A DNA stretch of 64,000 bases, from the NCBI GenBank assembly GCA_002189035.1, contig NEEC01000008.1, positions 1,984,001 to 2,048,000 on the forward strand, written 5' to 3'. The notes below the pieces were generated by a model. That model searched no databases, had not been told where the DNA came from, and was given only the letters and a program-made list of their open reading frames with translations. This stretch comes from Utricularia gibba. Taxonomy: Eukaryota > Plantae > Magnoliophyta. Positions 26,380-38,561 of the stretch are shown piece by piece (positions within the stretch are counted from its first letter, which is position 1; each line of letters begins with the position of its first letter). Made by a program: the position numbers and the translations under genes.

Positions 26380-27068
26380 CTATGTACCTTTCAAGTGCGC
26401 TGTGCGCCATCGCAGAACCACAAACACTAGAGCAACGCACACCCCAGCTTCCAAGACGAGAATAAGGAGGCAACATTTCCGCCGGAAATTCCAAGGTGTT
26501 GGAACGCTGGAAGTGGAAGTGAAGCCGCTTTCCATATCAAGCGAGCTACGGCAGTGAATGGGCACGGCGTGATGTTGGTGATCGTCACTTCTCATTGCTT
26601 GCTTCCCAGAAATCCGCAGCAATGGATCTTTCATTTCTTCGGATTTCGTAGTCGAATCATCGCTAGACGAGGACCCAGCCCGCTCCCGCAACGTGGGCAG
26701 GGAAGCTACCTTCTCAATTGACGCAAGTGATCGACGAACCATGAGTTCCTGCAAAGATTGGGATCTAAAAGCCGGAGCCCTGGCCCTTGATACTTCGAAC
26801 CCATCTCTCAATAGCTCGAGAAATCCGAGGATCTCCGAGTTGCTGACGTCGTCTTTCACTATTGCCAAGTAAACGTACCGTCTTCAAACAAGAACCCAAT
26901 ACTCACGTTCGCTACTGTCTGGATGCACCAGCGGTGATGCGGGGGAGCCGATTTCAAGCACCGCGCTGCCAATTTCTCCATAAATTGATTTCCTTCGCCG
27001 TACGCATACAAAGCTCGTCCCTTTCTTGAGATACTGTAGTAAGACACCTTGGTTTCTATGGGCATCAT
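26380..27068 (-). CDS. Phyl1: Phytolongin (non-SNARE longin, Phyl1-type), single coding exon; one 1-nt frameshift in the assembly
   Basis: VSYYSISRKGRALYAY...EKLAARCLKSAPPHHRW...GFLFEDG[Y]VYLAIVKDDVSNSEILGFLELLRD...LMVRRSLAS...KDPLL, C-terminal TM LLILVLEAGVCVALVFVV. ORFs 26859-27068 and 26380-26868 join if one G is added at 26878-26879. Confidence 0.85.
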
Positions 27069-27717
27069 TCAGGATGGATGCTTGACTAATCTTGATGAAA
27101 ACCCAGATGGATTTGGGACAGATATCGGTAGAATCAAATGATTTGGAAGATAAGCAACCCAGATCAGGGATGAGCTGATGTTTCAGTAAGTAGCCTCGGA
27201 AGCGTAAAGGAGTGTGGATATGGATTTGTCTGTTTGCCAGTTCATGTGGAGCTTAGGAAGCTCATTCTTGTTTACTTGGTCGTCTCTGTAGGGATGGTTG
27301 ATGGGTCCTTCGCCATTGAAGGTTTCAATCGGCATTTACTCTTCTTGTTGCCTGGTCCGTTTCGTCAGCTCTCACAGTTCAGGAACCGAAACACAAGTGC
27401 TTGGAAACGTATCCGCTTTCTCCTGTATGTTTCCAAAATCGCGCGGGCCCACGCGCTTCCTGTGCAGCCCCCCGTATAAGAATTCTCCTTTTCCCTCCCC
27501 TCCCATCAGCATCAAGAGCGTTCCATAACCGCCACTTGGTGGGCGGTCCACCGCTAGCCAGTGCACCTCCGCGCACCGAAGTAGCCGCTGCCTGTATGTT
27601 TTCAAAAATTGCCACTTGAGGATTGTACGCGTTGTGCTTGATGCAGATTTTGCGATGAACTTTCTTTGAGGATTGGTTGGAAGGGTATTTGATCTGTGCG
27701 ATTAGGAAAGTGTTGCA

Positions 27718-29560
27718 ATGGAAGAGTTATTTCAGTATATGAAGGCACTGCGATCACAGATTAACGGTGAGTTGTTTATCACCTCTGTATTCGTTTTGGT
27801 ATGAACGAGGCTGTGCTTTAAGGTGCGTTAATTTCGCTCGGTTTTTGATTTGGTGTTGAAATGTGTGCCGCTGAGTTCCAGATGTGGCGGATGAAGCAGC
27901 AAAGTTGTCGGTTGAAGAACATATGCAGTGCACTACTATGCAGGCTCTTCAGAAGGATCTTGATGCAGGTCGGTTGGAAAATGCGATTGGTTATCCTTGT
28001 GCTGGCTTCCTGCAGTTTTTTGCACCAGCTACAGATTTTCATTGTGCAATTGGGCGTATATGACCGTAATGTCTATAAATTTCTCTCGTTTTTTTTTTCT
28101 AATTGTATCGCAGCAAGGGAGGAAACTCAGATACTCAAGGAAGAAATTCATCAGATGTCCAAGGTAAAAGGTGACATCTGTCTGCAGATTTTGGAAAAGA
28201 AGAATAAAATTGCTTCACTGCGATCTGATTCCAGCACTCTCAGCCAGGTACATTGCAAAGGGCAAATTTATGATCCTGTAGTTTTGTGACTATTTCATGG
28301 TAACTGTCTAGTACTGTAATGAAGAGCATTCCTACAGCACAAAATAGCGATGCGAAGCTGCAATTGGATTTCTTCCTTACTCCAAAGTGGAATGACGATA
28401 TTATTAATTCCTTATTTATGCAGACATTTGACCTTATGCAGCAAGAAAGACAAACCCTATCTAGAAAACTCGTGGATCAGAGGTAATATGCTGTTCTTGT
28501 GTGCAAAAAACTTGAAAGTATCTTCTCCAACAAGCTCCATTTAAATAATAGTGCAGAATACAAAAGTATTGAACAGGCATATTTGAACAACTTAGGAAGC
28601 AGCAGGTTTAAAATCTTCTTCTGTGGGATTGAAGCTAAGGGAACTGAATGTTTCACTCATACTGGGCTAAATTTTACGTTGCAGGAATTTATGAATTCTG
28701 AGAATTGTAAGCTTCGACCAGGAGAGATCTTGGTAATGCCTTTTTTTTTTCGGGTTAGCTCCATATCTCAATGATCATGCATCAATGTATGTCTGTTCTT
28801 GTGGTTTCAGGTGAAAGAGACAATAGGTGGGCAGAAGGCATTTTTTTTTAGATTCCCTACTCCTACTGACTTAATTTGAATCCAGTTTGCCATGATGAAG
28901 ATGATCATATGGAAATTCAGAGTGAGGAAGCCATGCTTGATAGGATGGAAAAACTCAAAGAAGAAACCATTTTGGAGGTCTAACTTTACATCCCACATCA
29001 ACTTCCTCAGCTACTGATCTTGAAAAGCAGCAATACAGCACCATTATGATTTGCTGATTACAAATTATGCATGAGAGCATATGCTTTTTCTTTCATATGC
29101 TTTGGAAACGTGGCATGTCAAAAGTTGATAATATTTGCCGGTAGTTCATTCGCTAACTGTACATTTTCAGCTCCGTCAATCTATTCAGCTCATGAAGGCT
29201 AAAATGATTGCCTTTAAGGTGACCTTTTAATTGCCACGAATTTACTGTGTCAAATTCTTTGTTAGCATTAAGATCTCAGTATTCCATGACGAACACTTGC
29301 AGCAAGAAGTTCGGGATATGGACGAGAAAGGACTGGAGGACGAGCATCAAGCACTCTTGTCGGATAAAGCAAGAGAAGCTGAATCTCTGCAGGCCATTCG
29401 CAACAAGATTATGAGATTGAAAGTACGCTTTTAACTTCCCATTGCCACCGTTTCTTTTTCAAACGAGGATTACGCCTACTTCATCTGACATATTTTTTTT
29501 CAGGATATTTTACACACGGTGACGTGCTCCTGCGGCGAGGTGTATGGCATACACTGTTAA
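27718..29560 (+). CDS. SCEP1: Coiled-coil protein matching recalled Arabidopsis At1g33500, probable synaptonemal complex central element protein SCEP1; about 11 short exons
   Basis: MEELFQYMKALRSQIN|DVADEAAKLSVEEHMQ...LQKDLD|ARE...ICLQILEKKNKIASLRSDSSTLSQ|TFDLMQQER / DEKGLEDEHQALLSDKAREAESLQ / HTVTCSCGEVY. Family match is strong. The SCEP1 name and the middle exons (28546-28980) are less certain. Confidence 0.65.
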
Positions 29561-30100
29561 GCTGTGATGCGTGAGCTAGATTCCTCTCTTGTTTTTTCAA
29601 TCAACTGCTGCTACTGGTGAACAAAGAGTTGCTGTCTTTCTCAAGCCTAACTATCAAAGGCAGTAGATTTCATAATGAGGTACAGACAAGCCTTCGCTGT
29701 TTGGCTTGGGTTAGACGACATACACAAAAATAAGTGCTTAAAAAATCAGAATAAATTAAATGCAATTTTCGAATCATTTTGTCGTTTTCTAGGATAATGT
29801 TTTTTTTAAAACATATGCTACATCATTGGATTTATTTATGAATTTTGGTGTAACTATTTTTTGAATTGGTTAAATACGCTTTATTATTTTTTAATTATGT
29901 TTATAATTCATTTAATAAATACTTAAATATAAAATATACTTATATTTTTAGAATATAAGAATTCAAAATTGTATAAAAACATACTTATACAAATAAATTT
30001 AAATTCCCACAATATTCAAAAATATAAAAAAGAAAAATAGGTTTTCCATTAATTTTCAATATACTCTAAAATTGAGTCAACCGGGTACCGCATTGGGGAT

Positions 30101-30131
30101 TGGGCCGGGCTAAGTTCCAGTTAACGGCCCA
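30101..30131. promoter_or_regulatory. Site II motifs upstream of the RBM7-like gene
   Basis: TGGGCC at 30101-30106 and GGCCCA at 30126-30131, 70-100 bp before the start codon. Confidence 0.5.
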
Positions 30132-30200
30132 CGCCGTCGTGAATACGTTCCCCTGCACTGAAATTTCCCGTACAATTTTTCCTTTTATGTCGCGCTATTC

Positions 30201-31435
30201 ATGTTATTTTCTGATCATGGCGGCGGGGGCTCTACTTCCACGGTGTATATCGGTATGTTGTGTGTTCTTTTGATCTTTTAACTTAGCTTGACCTATTTTT
30301 TCGTGAAATTTTTGGGGAATTCGTGCTGCCGCAATTTTCGACTTAGTTCTTCCCAGATTGAAGCACTGCGAAAGTCATGACGACTAGATCCGGTGATTAA
30401 AAATAGTCGCAGCGGCTAGTCTTTGAGTTACCTGGGATTAGTGAGTCCCGCCTTTTTGTTTTTTGTTTTGGAAGATTCCTGTCAGCACCATTTGCTTCAA
30501 CAAAACGTTAGTTCCCTGAGATAGCCTGTTTTGAGTACGCACAGTTAGTGTTCTTGTTGCTTGTGTGGTTTCATCCGTGTAGCCTCCTCGGTAATTTGGT
30601 GCTTTTTATCAAATTTTATACCAGCTCATGATAGTTAATTGATGGATGTTGCTTGTTGAATTGATATGCATGACTTCATTCTAGGCAACCTGGATGAAAA
30701 TGTGACTGAGAGGATATTGTATGACATACTTATTGAAGCTGGGCGTGTCGTAGACTTGTATATTCCGAGGGACAGGGAGACCAATAAGCCAAAAGGCTAT
30801 GCTTTTGCGGAGTATGAATCTGAGGAGGTAGCTGAGTATGCTATTAAGCTTTTCTCTGGTCTTGTAACACTTAACCAGAAGACGCTGAAATTTATGGTAG
30901 GTCACTCTGAATACAAAAGTTTGGTTTCCAACTATTTTATGCATTGCTGGTAGAGATTCCGGTCGAGAGTGAGATCTGTCATCGTTAATGTTTGTTCCTC
31001 TGATGAATACTGGAAGTAGTCTTTTCCTGTTTTTTTTTTTTTAACCTCATATCGTTTATTTTTTGATACAGATCTCCGGGCGAGATAAAGTGACTTCGAG
31101 TTCCCAAGTTGCTACTCCAGTTAATCTGCCATTCAAACTGAGGTCGCACGGCACAATCAACACCCGATCACACCTGTATTCAGAGCAAAAAACGGATCAT
31201 TCAAGAGGTTGATGCTACTTCCATGCCAAAGAACCATTTCTTTTCTTGCTTTTTTTTTGGATTTTCTCATTGTTGATAGATGTTCATCATTTGGTTTCCA
31301 GATTCTTTTAATACACCTGAGCACCAATATAGTGGGTTTAGATCAAACCACAACAGCTCGGATTACCATTCTAGTCGAGGAGCACTTGGGACACCTATGG
31401 ATAGTGGCGGTCGCTACAGGTCTAGATATCACTAG
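30201..31435 (+). CDS. RBM7: RBM7-like RRM protein (NEXT/exosome-targeting, At4g10110-type), 4 exons
   Basis: STSTVYIG|NLDENVTERILYDILIEAGRVVDLYIPRDRETNKPKGYAFAEYESEEVAEYAIKLFSGLVTLNQKTLKFM|ISGRDK...RSRYH*. The in-frame ATG is at 30201; the ATG at 30217 is out of frame. Confidence 0.8.
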
Positions 31436-31805
31436 GCTCATAAAATTGTGAGTTCACAATCCTTCTGTCAATCTCCACTCTCATCAACAGATATCAGTCT
31501 TGTGTGAGGTGTTAATGTAGCCATTTACACACACCTTTGCTTTAACAGCTAGGTGAGTTTCATCTCTTTTTCTGTAATATGTTAACAACTGTAATCGTTA
31601 TGGTGGTGATGTATAGTGTTGCTGTGGCCTTCTCATGTTGCCCCTTGTACTTCAATGTGAATGCTTGATGATCCGACGGGCTTGGTCTTTTTCCCACATT
31701 ATTGTCGAATTTTTTTTATTTTTTTGGAAAAAAATTGTTCCCTTTTTCTCTCGGAAGCTGAAAAAATCTAAATAAAAATGCTCAAGTAGCCGATCCGCCG
31801 GATAA

Positions 31806-31917
31806 TGGGCCCGGGGCTTGTCGAAAGCATTGGAGAGGCGAAACTGGATGAGACATGGGGCCAATATATTAGCTCTGCTGGGCTCGTGATTTTAACACTC
31901 TAAATCTCCTTGGCCCA
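31806..31917. promoter_or_regulatory. Dense site II (TGGGCY/GGCCCA) promoter cluster with no recognised adjacent coding gene
   Basis: TGGGCC at 31806, TGGGGCC at about 31856, TGGGCT at 31879, GGCCCA at 31912. Confidence 0.55.
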
Positions 31918-31949
31918 AAATGCCGAGGCCGACGGTGAAATTAGGCTCC

Positions 31950-34190
31950 GCTGGTACATCTGAGCCGCTGCTGAAATCTTCTTGTTTGATCGTCGTTATG
32001 GGCGGGTGTGAGTCAATGACACGTTTGTCTTCGGATGTTCCTGCTTGCTCGTTTTTTACTTCGTGACATCTCCTTAACTGAATTGGTTCTTTTTTATTGC
32101 AGGTTGGATGATTGAAGGGAACCATCGGAAGAAGCCTTTCGTAGGATGTATGTAGGACATTTTTTTGATTTAGGAAAATTTGTTTTAAGGTAGTTCTTCG
32201 TTACTTTTGTTCATTTGTTTCGTTTGAAGGTTCTGCATTCTGCCCCTTGCCAGAGCTGGGCAATCATAAAGCTATCTAATTAGCGTGTAGCTTTATCTGG
32301 GCAATGCTTGAAGATGAACAGAAACCAGTTGAAACGGAAAAATGCGGCCATACTTCTGCGAAATGCTGCATTTCTCTCTGCAGGACTCGAATTTTTATTT
32401 TAACCAATGCATTGCTGGTTGAGCAACATAAATTTTTGTTCTTACAAAACCTCCTAGATAACAGCATTGCTTAGTCTGGGTTGATGCTTAGTGTTTACAA
32501 GATCTCTAGTTAGTATTAATATGCGCAGTATGTGCAGGACGAATGAATCATGGCCACTTGCTAAGGTGTATTTACTAGGATATGTGCTTAAATTGAATTT
32601 TTTTTTTTATTTTTTTTTTACAGATGATCTCTGCAGCGTGCTTCACACTGGAGACCTGGAAGTTTTTGTCCTGAAGCGTTTGACGCTGTTTCAACAGCCA
32701 TGCATCTTGAGTGGACGCCTAAACTTTTGCACAGATGGCAAGGAGAGATGACGTGACGGCTGACTGAATTTTTCCAAAAAAAAAAAAAAACACGAGTAGA
32801 TGTTTCTGCTTGCTGCAGATTAACAAAATTATACAAGGACAATGATAATGGAGAGAAGTTACGCATGCTGTTCATAATCGAACTGTGAAATTCTTGTGCG
32901 TTACTGATCTTTTGGTTTTCTTCATTAATATTTACCTACTACACCTCACCTAGAACCAAAGAATGCCACGTCTAGTCGTCAAGCTTGACACTGGTGGACT
33001 AGCCCAAAGAATTAATACCCCCGGTGGGAATCGAGCAACTGAGGAGGTAAAGTTGAAGGACTTTAAGCCCTTTTCAGTCTCCTTTATCCCTCAGAACCAT
33101 TTCCAGGGAAATGCTTCCACCAGTCTCTTTTCAGTAACAGCTGTTTCCACCCTCCACCAATAAGTTGCGCTACTCTTTATGCTGACTTGATGGCTTTTCT
33201 TTTTGTATCATATTTTCTGGTTTACGTATGTGAACGAGGCTTTTATGTAATTTTCAAGGTTTTTTTTATATTCATTTACTGGTTACGTAGGTGAGGAGTA
33301 GTGGGATTGAAGATTCAACAGGAGCGGGTGGTAAGAAACATTCTGGCCCAGATGTTTTTGTCTTGCTGTCATCCTTGACCATTGGTCAATCCATTTTTTT
33401 TAACCATTTGGTCAAATCTTAGTCAAAAGGATTTTAGTGGTATGTATTATCGTGCCAATCTTATATTCTCTTTGCTTTCCATGGATAGGATATGGCATTA
33501 GGAATATGCTTATCCTTTTTCTTGTAACCAATCACATGCATTAGATGGATTAACCACTCAGACATACATATATTTGCATTGTCACTATGAGATACTGGCA
33601 ATATTCACGACGATTATACTGCAGGATATGGAATATTAATATCATTAAACAAAACCAGCCTGCTGGTTTAGAATATGATACCTGTAAACATGCACAGGAA
33701 TACATATCTTCATTAAAACACCTGGATGTTGATTTGTGCAGAGCGAATCTGTCATAGCTGCCTTGGCAGTTTAATGGATTTCGGGTTGCTGTCACTAATG
33801 CGTGAAGTATGGATTTCAGAAAGTTCCATTTGAAGGTTCATTGTCAAAGATTACAGTGTATGGATCAGTATGGACCATCCCCAAATTCGTGCACCATCTG
33901 CTCTCCATGTGGTGATCCATCTCTGTCACTTTCTTGTCCATTGACATATCAACAGCTGTTTGTTGTCCTCTAGTGGGAGAAGGTTCCCAGTGATCTTTAA
34001 TTTCATTCGTGACATAAATCAACGCCTTCCTGCTTATCTACAGGTCTGGTTGGTGAAAAAATAAGTCTAAGGTCCAGGGAAAATCTCTATTCCATTTGGG
34101 ATTTTGATCTGCTGCAACTGTCTTCTAGATACTTGTTCCTATGCAGAGCCGCTAAGTTTTCCAGCCGAATTCAGGCGCGGGACCACGTAA
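31950..34190 (+). ncRNA. Candidate multi-exon long non-coding or small-ORF transcript
   Basis: Follows the site II cluster. Chain of short GC-richer blocks bounded by polypyrimidine-AG and GT(A/G)AG signals (about 32103-32140, 32624-, 33291-33330, 34147-34187). No recognisable protein. Confidence 0.3.
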
Positions 34191-34666
34191 GTGAGGTTCT
34201 TTTTGTCATCAATGAGCGCTTGAACATTGGCATGTGGTGTTAACATAATGAGACAAGCGGTTGTCCTATGCTTGCTTTGGCTATATTCTAGATTTTATCC
34301 AGTACATGAAACGCAGGGAGAAAACCATGAAAGTTGAGGTTCAACATGGTTGGGATTGGATTGAACTACTTTAGAACCTCTTGAAACAGCATGCTTGGAT
34401 TGGAAAACTAGGAAGCTTTGTCTCCGCCACTAACGTAGGTAATGCTCTGGATCAAATTCCCCACTGTAGAAGGAAGGAAGTTGAAAAGGAGATGGGACAT
34501 GGATTCTCATGCTCCCCAGCCATCATGCGAAATGTGTCCGTGGCTCCCCACAGAATCTCACAAGCTTCACATCAGTCAGTCTTCCCTTCCATTATTTATA
34601 TCTGGCCTCCGCAGGCGTGTTTGTACTTGAGCCAAAGACCCCAACTTCCTCCCTTCGAATCACCCC

Positions 34667-34993
34667 ATGTCTGGTGTCTGGTTTTTCAGGAACAATGGAG
34701 TGATGCAACTGGTTGAGAACCCAGGTGACAGCGGCGGCCCCAACAGACGCAAGGTCCTGGTCTACCTGCCGACATCGCAGGTGGTGGCATCATACTCCGG
34801 CCTGGAGAAAATCCTCCGGGAGCTGGGGTGGGAGCGATACTACCTCGGCGATCCGGACCGCCTGCAGTTCCACAAACCGGCCTCCAATGATCTCATCTCC
34901 CTGCCTAGACAGTTCGCCAGGTTCAGCACGGTTCACATGTACGATATCGTCGTCAAGAACCCAAACGTCTTCCATGTCCGTGACAACTACTGA
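34667..34993 (+). CDS. FPF1: Flowering-promoting factor 1-like protein (FPF1 family), intronless
   Basis: [19 protein letters not shown]...[10 protein letters not shown]...[27 protein letters not shown]...[32 protein letters not shown], the full FPF1 signature. Confidence 0.95.
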   Translation: MSGVWFFRNNGVMQLVENPGDSGGPNRRKVLVYLPTSQVVASYSGLEKILRELGWERYYLGDPDRLQFHKPASNDLISLPRQFARFSTVHMYDIVVKNPNVFHVRDNY

Positions 34994-36100
34994 GTTCTCC
35001 ATGTAGCTCTGTTCTGCTCCGTTCTCCGCCGCGCCTTTGTTCCGTCTGATGGGCATTTGGCTTCCTCTGTTTATTTAAGCTTTCAAGTGCCTGGATGTAA
35101 AATGTGAATTAGGGAAGCGTTAACTGTGATTAACAGCATATTTAAAGGTGCTAAATTGTTGCATCATGGGACCCGGATGAGATCTCTGTCGGCCCCAATT
35201 TAGCAGCATCCAAATATAATAAAAAAAAGATTGTTTTAAGGAAGGGCACACTCCATTTAGCTCCACATTGTACCTAACGCCTTGGCGGACAATGCCTCCT
35301 GTTGGCCCTTGGGCAGAACCGATGCGCATCCCTAGGCGGCGGATAACCGGAATTTGGGATGTCTCTCGCCGGACCAGGAGAGCGGAGTAACTGAGCCGAT
35401 CGTCTTCACGAGGATTGAAGGCAGGGTGGATAGACAACAGTGTGAATCCTGAGAGTAGCGTCTCATTTCCTGATCAGAAAAGAGGCTGGAAGTTCCGACT
35501 CCGATTCTCAGTGCAGCCAATAAACCAACATTTTCAACACAGAGCCCATACATGATGATGAATGCTGTTGTGCCATGTCACCGAAGAGATGGATGCTTGC
35601 GGAGAGGGCAGACTTATAATAGAAAACAAAAAAAACCCAAATCCTCTTGCGAGGAGGAGTTGCACACAGTTCTCAGGAATGAAGCAAGTCAAATGTACTC
35701 ACGAAAGCGAAGACGTCCGGCGATGGCGCCGACGGAAGACGAGTAAACGACGCCGCGAGTGCCCAAATCAACCCAGGCGTCCGTCCCATTCCAGGCTCAA
35801 AACGTGGTCCGCTTGAATGCTGGATTCCTTCTCTTTCTCCATTTTTCAATTTATTTATCAATCACAGTAGCTTTTCCTTTATATTTTTTATTTTTCAGGC
35901 TGTTGATTCTTTAGTTTTTAGACCATTTTGGATTTTTCAGAATAATAAAAATTATTATTAACGTGTATTTATGGATTCAAAATTCACAGGATGAATTTGC
36001 ATTTGCATGTCATTATAATTATCGTAAATAATTTACACAAAAAAAAAAGTGAAAGCATCCCCTCCACTACACACAGAGGGCTCCGGCGACGAAGAAAGCA

Positions 36101-37663
36101 CTAGGACACAGTGAGTTTCCCAAGCCAAGGGAGCAGCTTCTCGTGGACCAGCTCGGGGCGGTCATCGTGGGGGCAATGCCCAACTCCTTCCAGCAGACAG
36201 AACTCCACATTCTGCATCCCGGCAGGCAAAGAAGAGAAGAATTTACCCACGGGGCCATCCACAGGAGTGAATGGATCGTTGTCGCCCCACACCACAAGAA
36301 CAGGAAGCTGTATGTTCGGAATCAGCTCCACCGGATTCGGACCAGGGGTCCCGTCAGGATCGAAACGAACACATCTAGTGCCCCATCCTCAACTGCTGGC
36401 TCCCTGATAATCTACAGATTCATGTCACAGTAATCATCATCACATAGAGAGCAGGAGCTGGAATCTTGTTGGGAGGAGTTGGTACCTCAACAAGGTCGTC
36501 GTCTACAGCCTCGGAGTTTCCATAGACAGAGAGTAGCACGTTCCTCAAGTTTTCTCTGCAGAAGCAAGTTTTAGACTGTGTTGTTTATCAGGGGAGGAGT
36601 TGGGTTTGGGAGAGGAGGGACCTTTGTATAACTCGATTGAAGAAGAAGGAAGCGATTCCTCTCTGCTTGAGCAGAATGTCAATAATCCAAAATACGGGTA
36701 GAAGTAACCGGATCCTCCAGTCATCAACTATAGCCTTGTTGTTCATTCCACCAGCACAGTTTAATAGCACTAGTCCTCGAACAAGGGCATTGCTGGACTC
36801 TATACCGAAGAGAATGTAATGCTTAGCAGCATAAGAGGGAGCCAGTGATGATGGTATCATTGAAGAAAAGAAGTGCACCTGAAGCAGCAGCAATGACACA
36901 AGCAAGACTACCAACAGAGTTTCCCACTAGCACAGTTGGTTGTTTGATGATTTCGTTGATAAAATCTAGTATTAACTGCAGAGCAAAATGGGAAACTGTA
37001 ACAAAGCCAAAGCATAGAAGGAGATGATTGAATCCATTCAGTCTGTAACCTGCGCCCATGATTCCATGGTAAACTGAAAATCAACTGGTTTATCAGAACC
37101 ACCAAAGCCAAGAAGATCAATGGCATACACCTTGTAGCTTTTCCCTAAAACCGGAATGTTCCTGAAAGTGGAAACACAAGCTAAGCGGCAAACAAGAGTT
37201 TTATGGATATGAAGTGGGATTTCGTGAAGAAATCAATCCAACGACAGATGCGAATGATCGAAACTCGAAATGACTCATAATTTATCAAATACCTACGCCA
37301 ATGGGCGATTGATGCACCAAACCCATGAACTAAAAGAAGCGGAAAACTGGTTTCATCGCCACTGCCATCAGGGTAGGCAAAATATTGAATATCGAATCCT
37401 CTCCATGCCCATTTCTTGGACTTGCCCTTAATTTCACCTACCTCCAAAGGCAATATCAACTCCCCCGTCTCAATAGACGCCGAGGCGGAAGCAAAAACTC
37501 TTCTTGAAGAAATGGAGTTCTTTCCACGAACCCCATAAACAACCCCAATTGATGTTTTCTGAAGATTGCCGATTGGAATACGCTGTGACGGAAGAGCATG
37601 TGAAGACAACCGGAAGCATGTGCTCGGTGAAGCATAATGAGCGGTTACTGACATCGTGAACAT
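36101..37663 (-). CDS. CLD1: Chloroplast alpha/beta-hydrolase, chlorophyll dephytylase 1 (At5g38520-like), 6 exons; one 1-nt frameshift in the assembly
   Basis: Transit peptide; LLLVHGFGASIAHWRR|NI...VYAIDLLGFGGSDKP / LVGNSVGSLAC (nucleophile Ser) / GLVLLNCAGGMNNKAIVDDWRI / VLVVWGDNDPFTPVDGPVGK...GVGHCPHDDRPELVH. The TGPPGPNP motif needs one more C (36345-36348). Confidence 0.88.
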
Positions 37664-38561
37664 GAAGCAAATCCTTAAACCTGCTTTAACTCGCACAAAA
37701 TGAGCAGCAATTCTCAGCCCTCCAGCTCTCACCACGCCGCAGATAATCCTTCCATTTAAATATCCAGAACTTGAAAAATTTACGCCCAGTCAATCATTCA
37801 TCCATTCGTGTCAGATTAATCCACCCACGGCGGCCTTGATCACTTGCTTCTACTTCATTGTAGTTTCTCGTCATCTCCCCAGTTTTGGAAAACGATTTGC
37901 TTCAAGTAGCCCCCGGTGAGGAATCCACAGACGGGGCTGGCCGTCATCGTGTGCCCGGTCCGACCGGGCTGCCCGCCCAGCACGCTGCAACCTGGCTTTT
38001 CACTGTAAATTTGTAATTGGGTTATAGCGGGTTGGGTCGGGTCGACCCACCATGTCATATAGTACACCCATTTCATGAATAAAATTAATATTTCAAATTG
38101 TGTTCGAAATTTTTTTTTAAAAACCAAACTACAAAAAAAAAAAAAATTAAAAATTCTTATTATTGTTAAAAACTCTAAAATTTGAATTTTATTAAAGAGA
38201 GATTAGTGGATTTAAAAAGTATTTTAAAAAAAAAAGAAGAAGAAAAAATGTTTGTAAATAACGTTGGGAAGGAGAAGACGAAATTGGCGCAGAGAGCATT
38301 CTGTGAAATCCTGGAAACCTGTTAGATCTGTTGCATGTGGAGTCACTTTCAAACATGTTACCCAATGTCACCAAGCGCAGCGAAAGGGAGAGCCAGGGCC
38401 ACCGCCGGCCGATGACACTTCCAGGCAACGCAACAAAAATTTACACCACATGCAAACGTCCTGTCAAACAACCACAACGAAACTTACACAGAATCAACAA
38501 AACAATCAGCACACATGAACTGGGCGCCCCTCCTTGATATCCTTTGAGTAATGGTTGCTGC

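Noticed and set aside
28990-29000. snRNA USE-like motif ATCCCACATCA
   Set aside because: One mismatch to RTCCCACATCG, no correctly spaced TATA box or snRNA downstream, and it lies in an intron.
30201-30252. Another apparent G-run frameshift after the ATG at 30217 in the RBM7-like gene
   Set aside because: An in-frame ATG at 30201 (MLFSDHGGGGSTSTVYIG) gives an open frame without correction, so it was not counted.
32266-32296. Hairpin ATAAAGCTA...TAGCTTTAT as a possible miRNA precursor
   Set aside because: The stem is only 9 bp, too short for a plant pre-miRNA.
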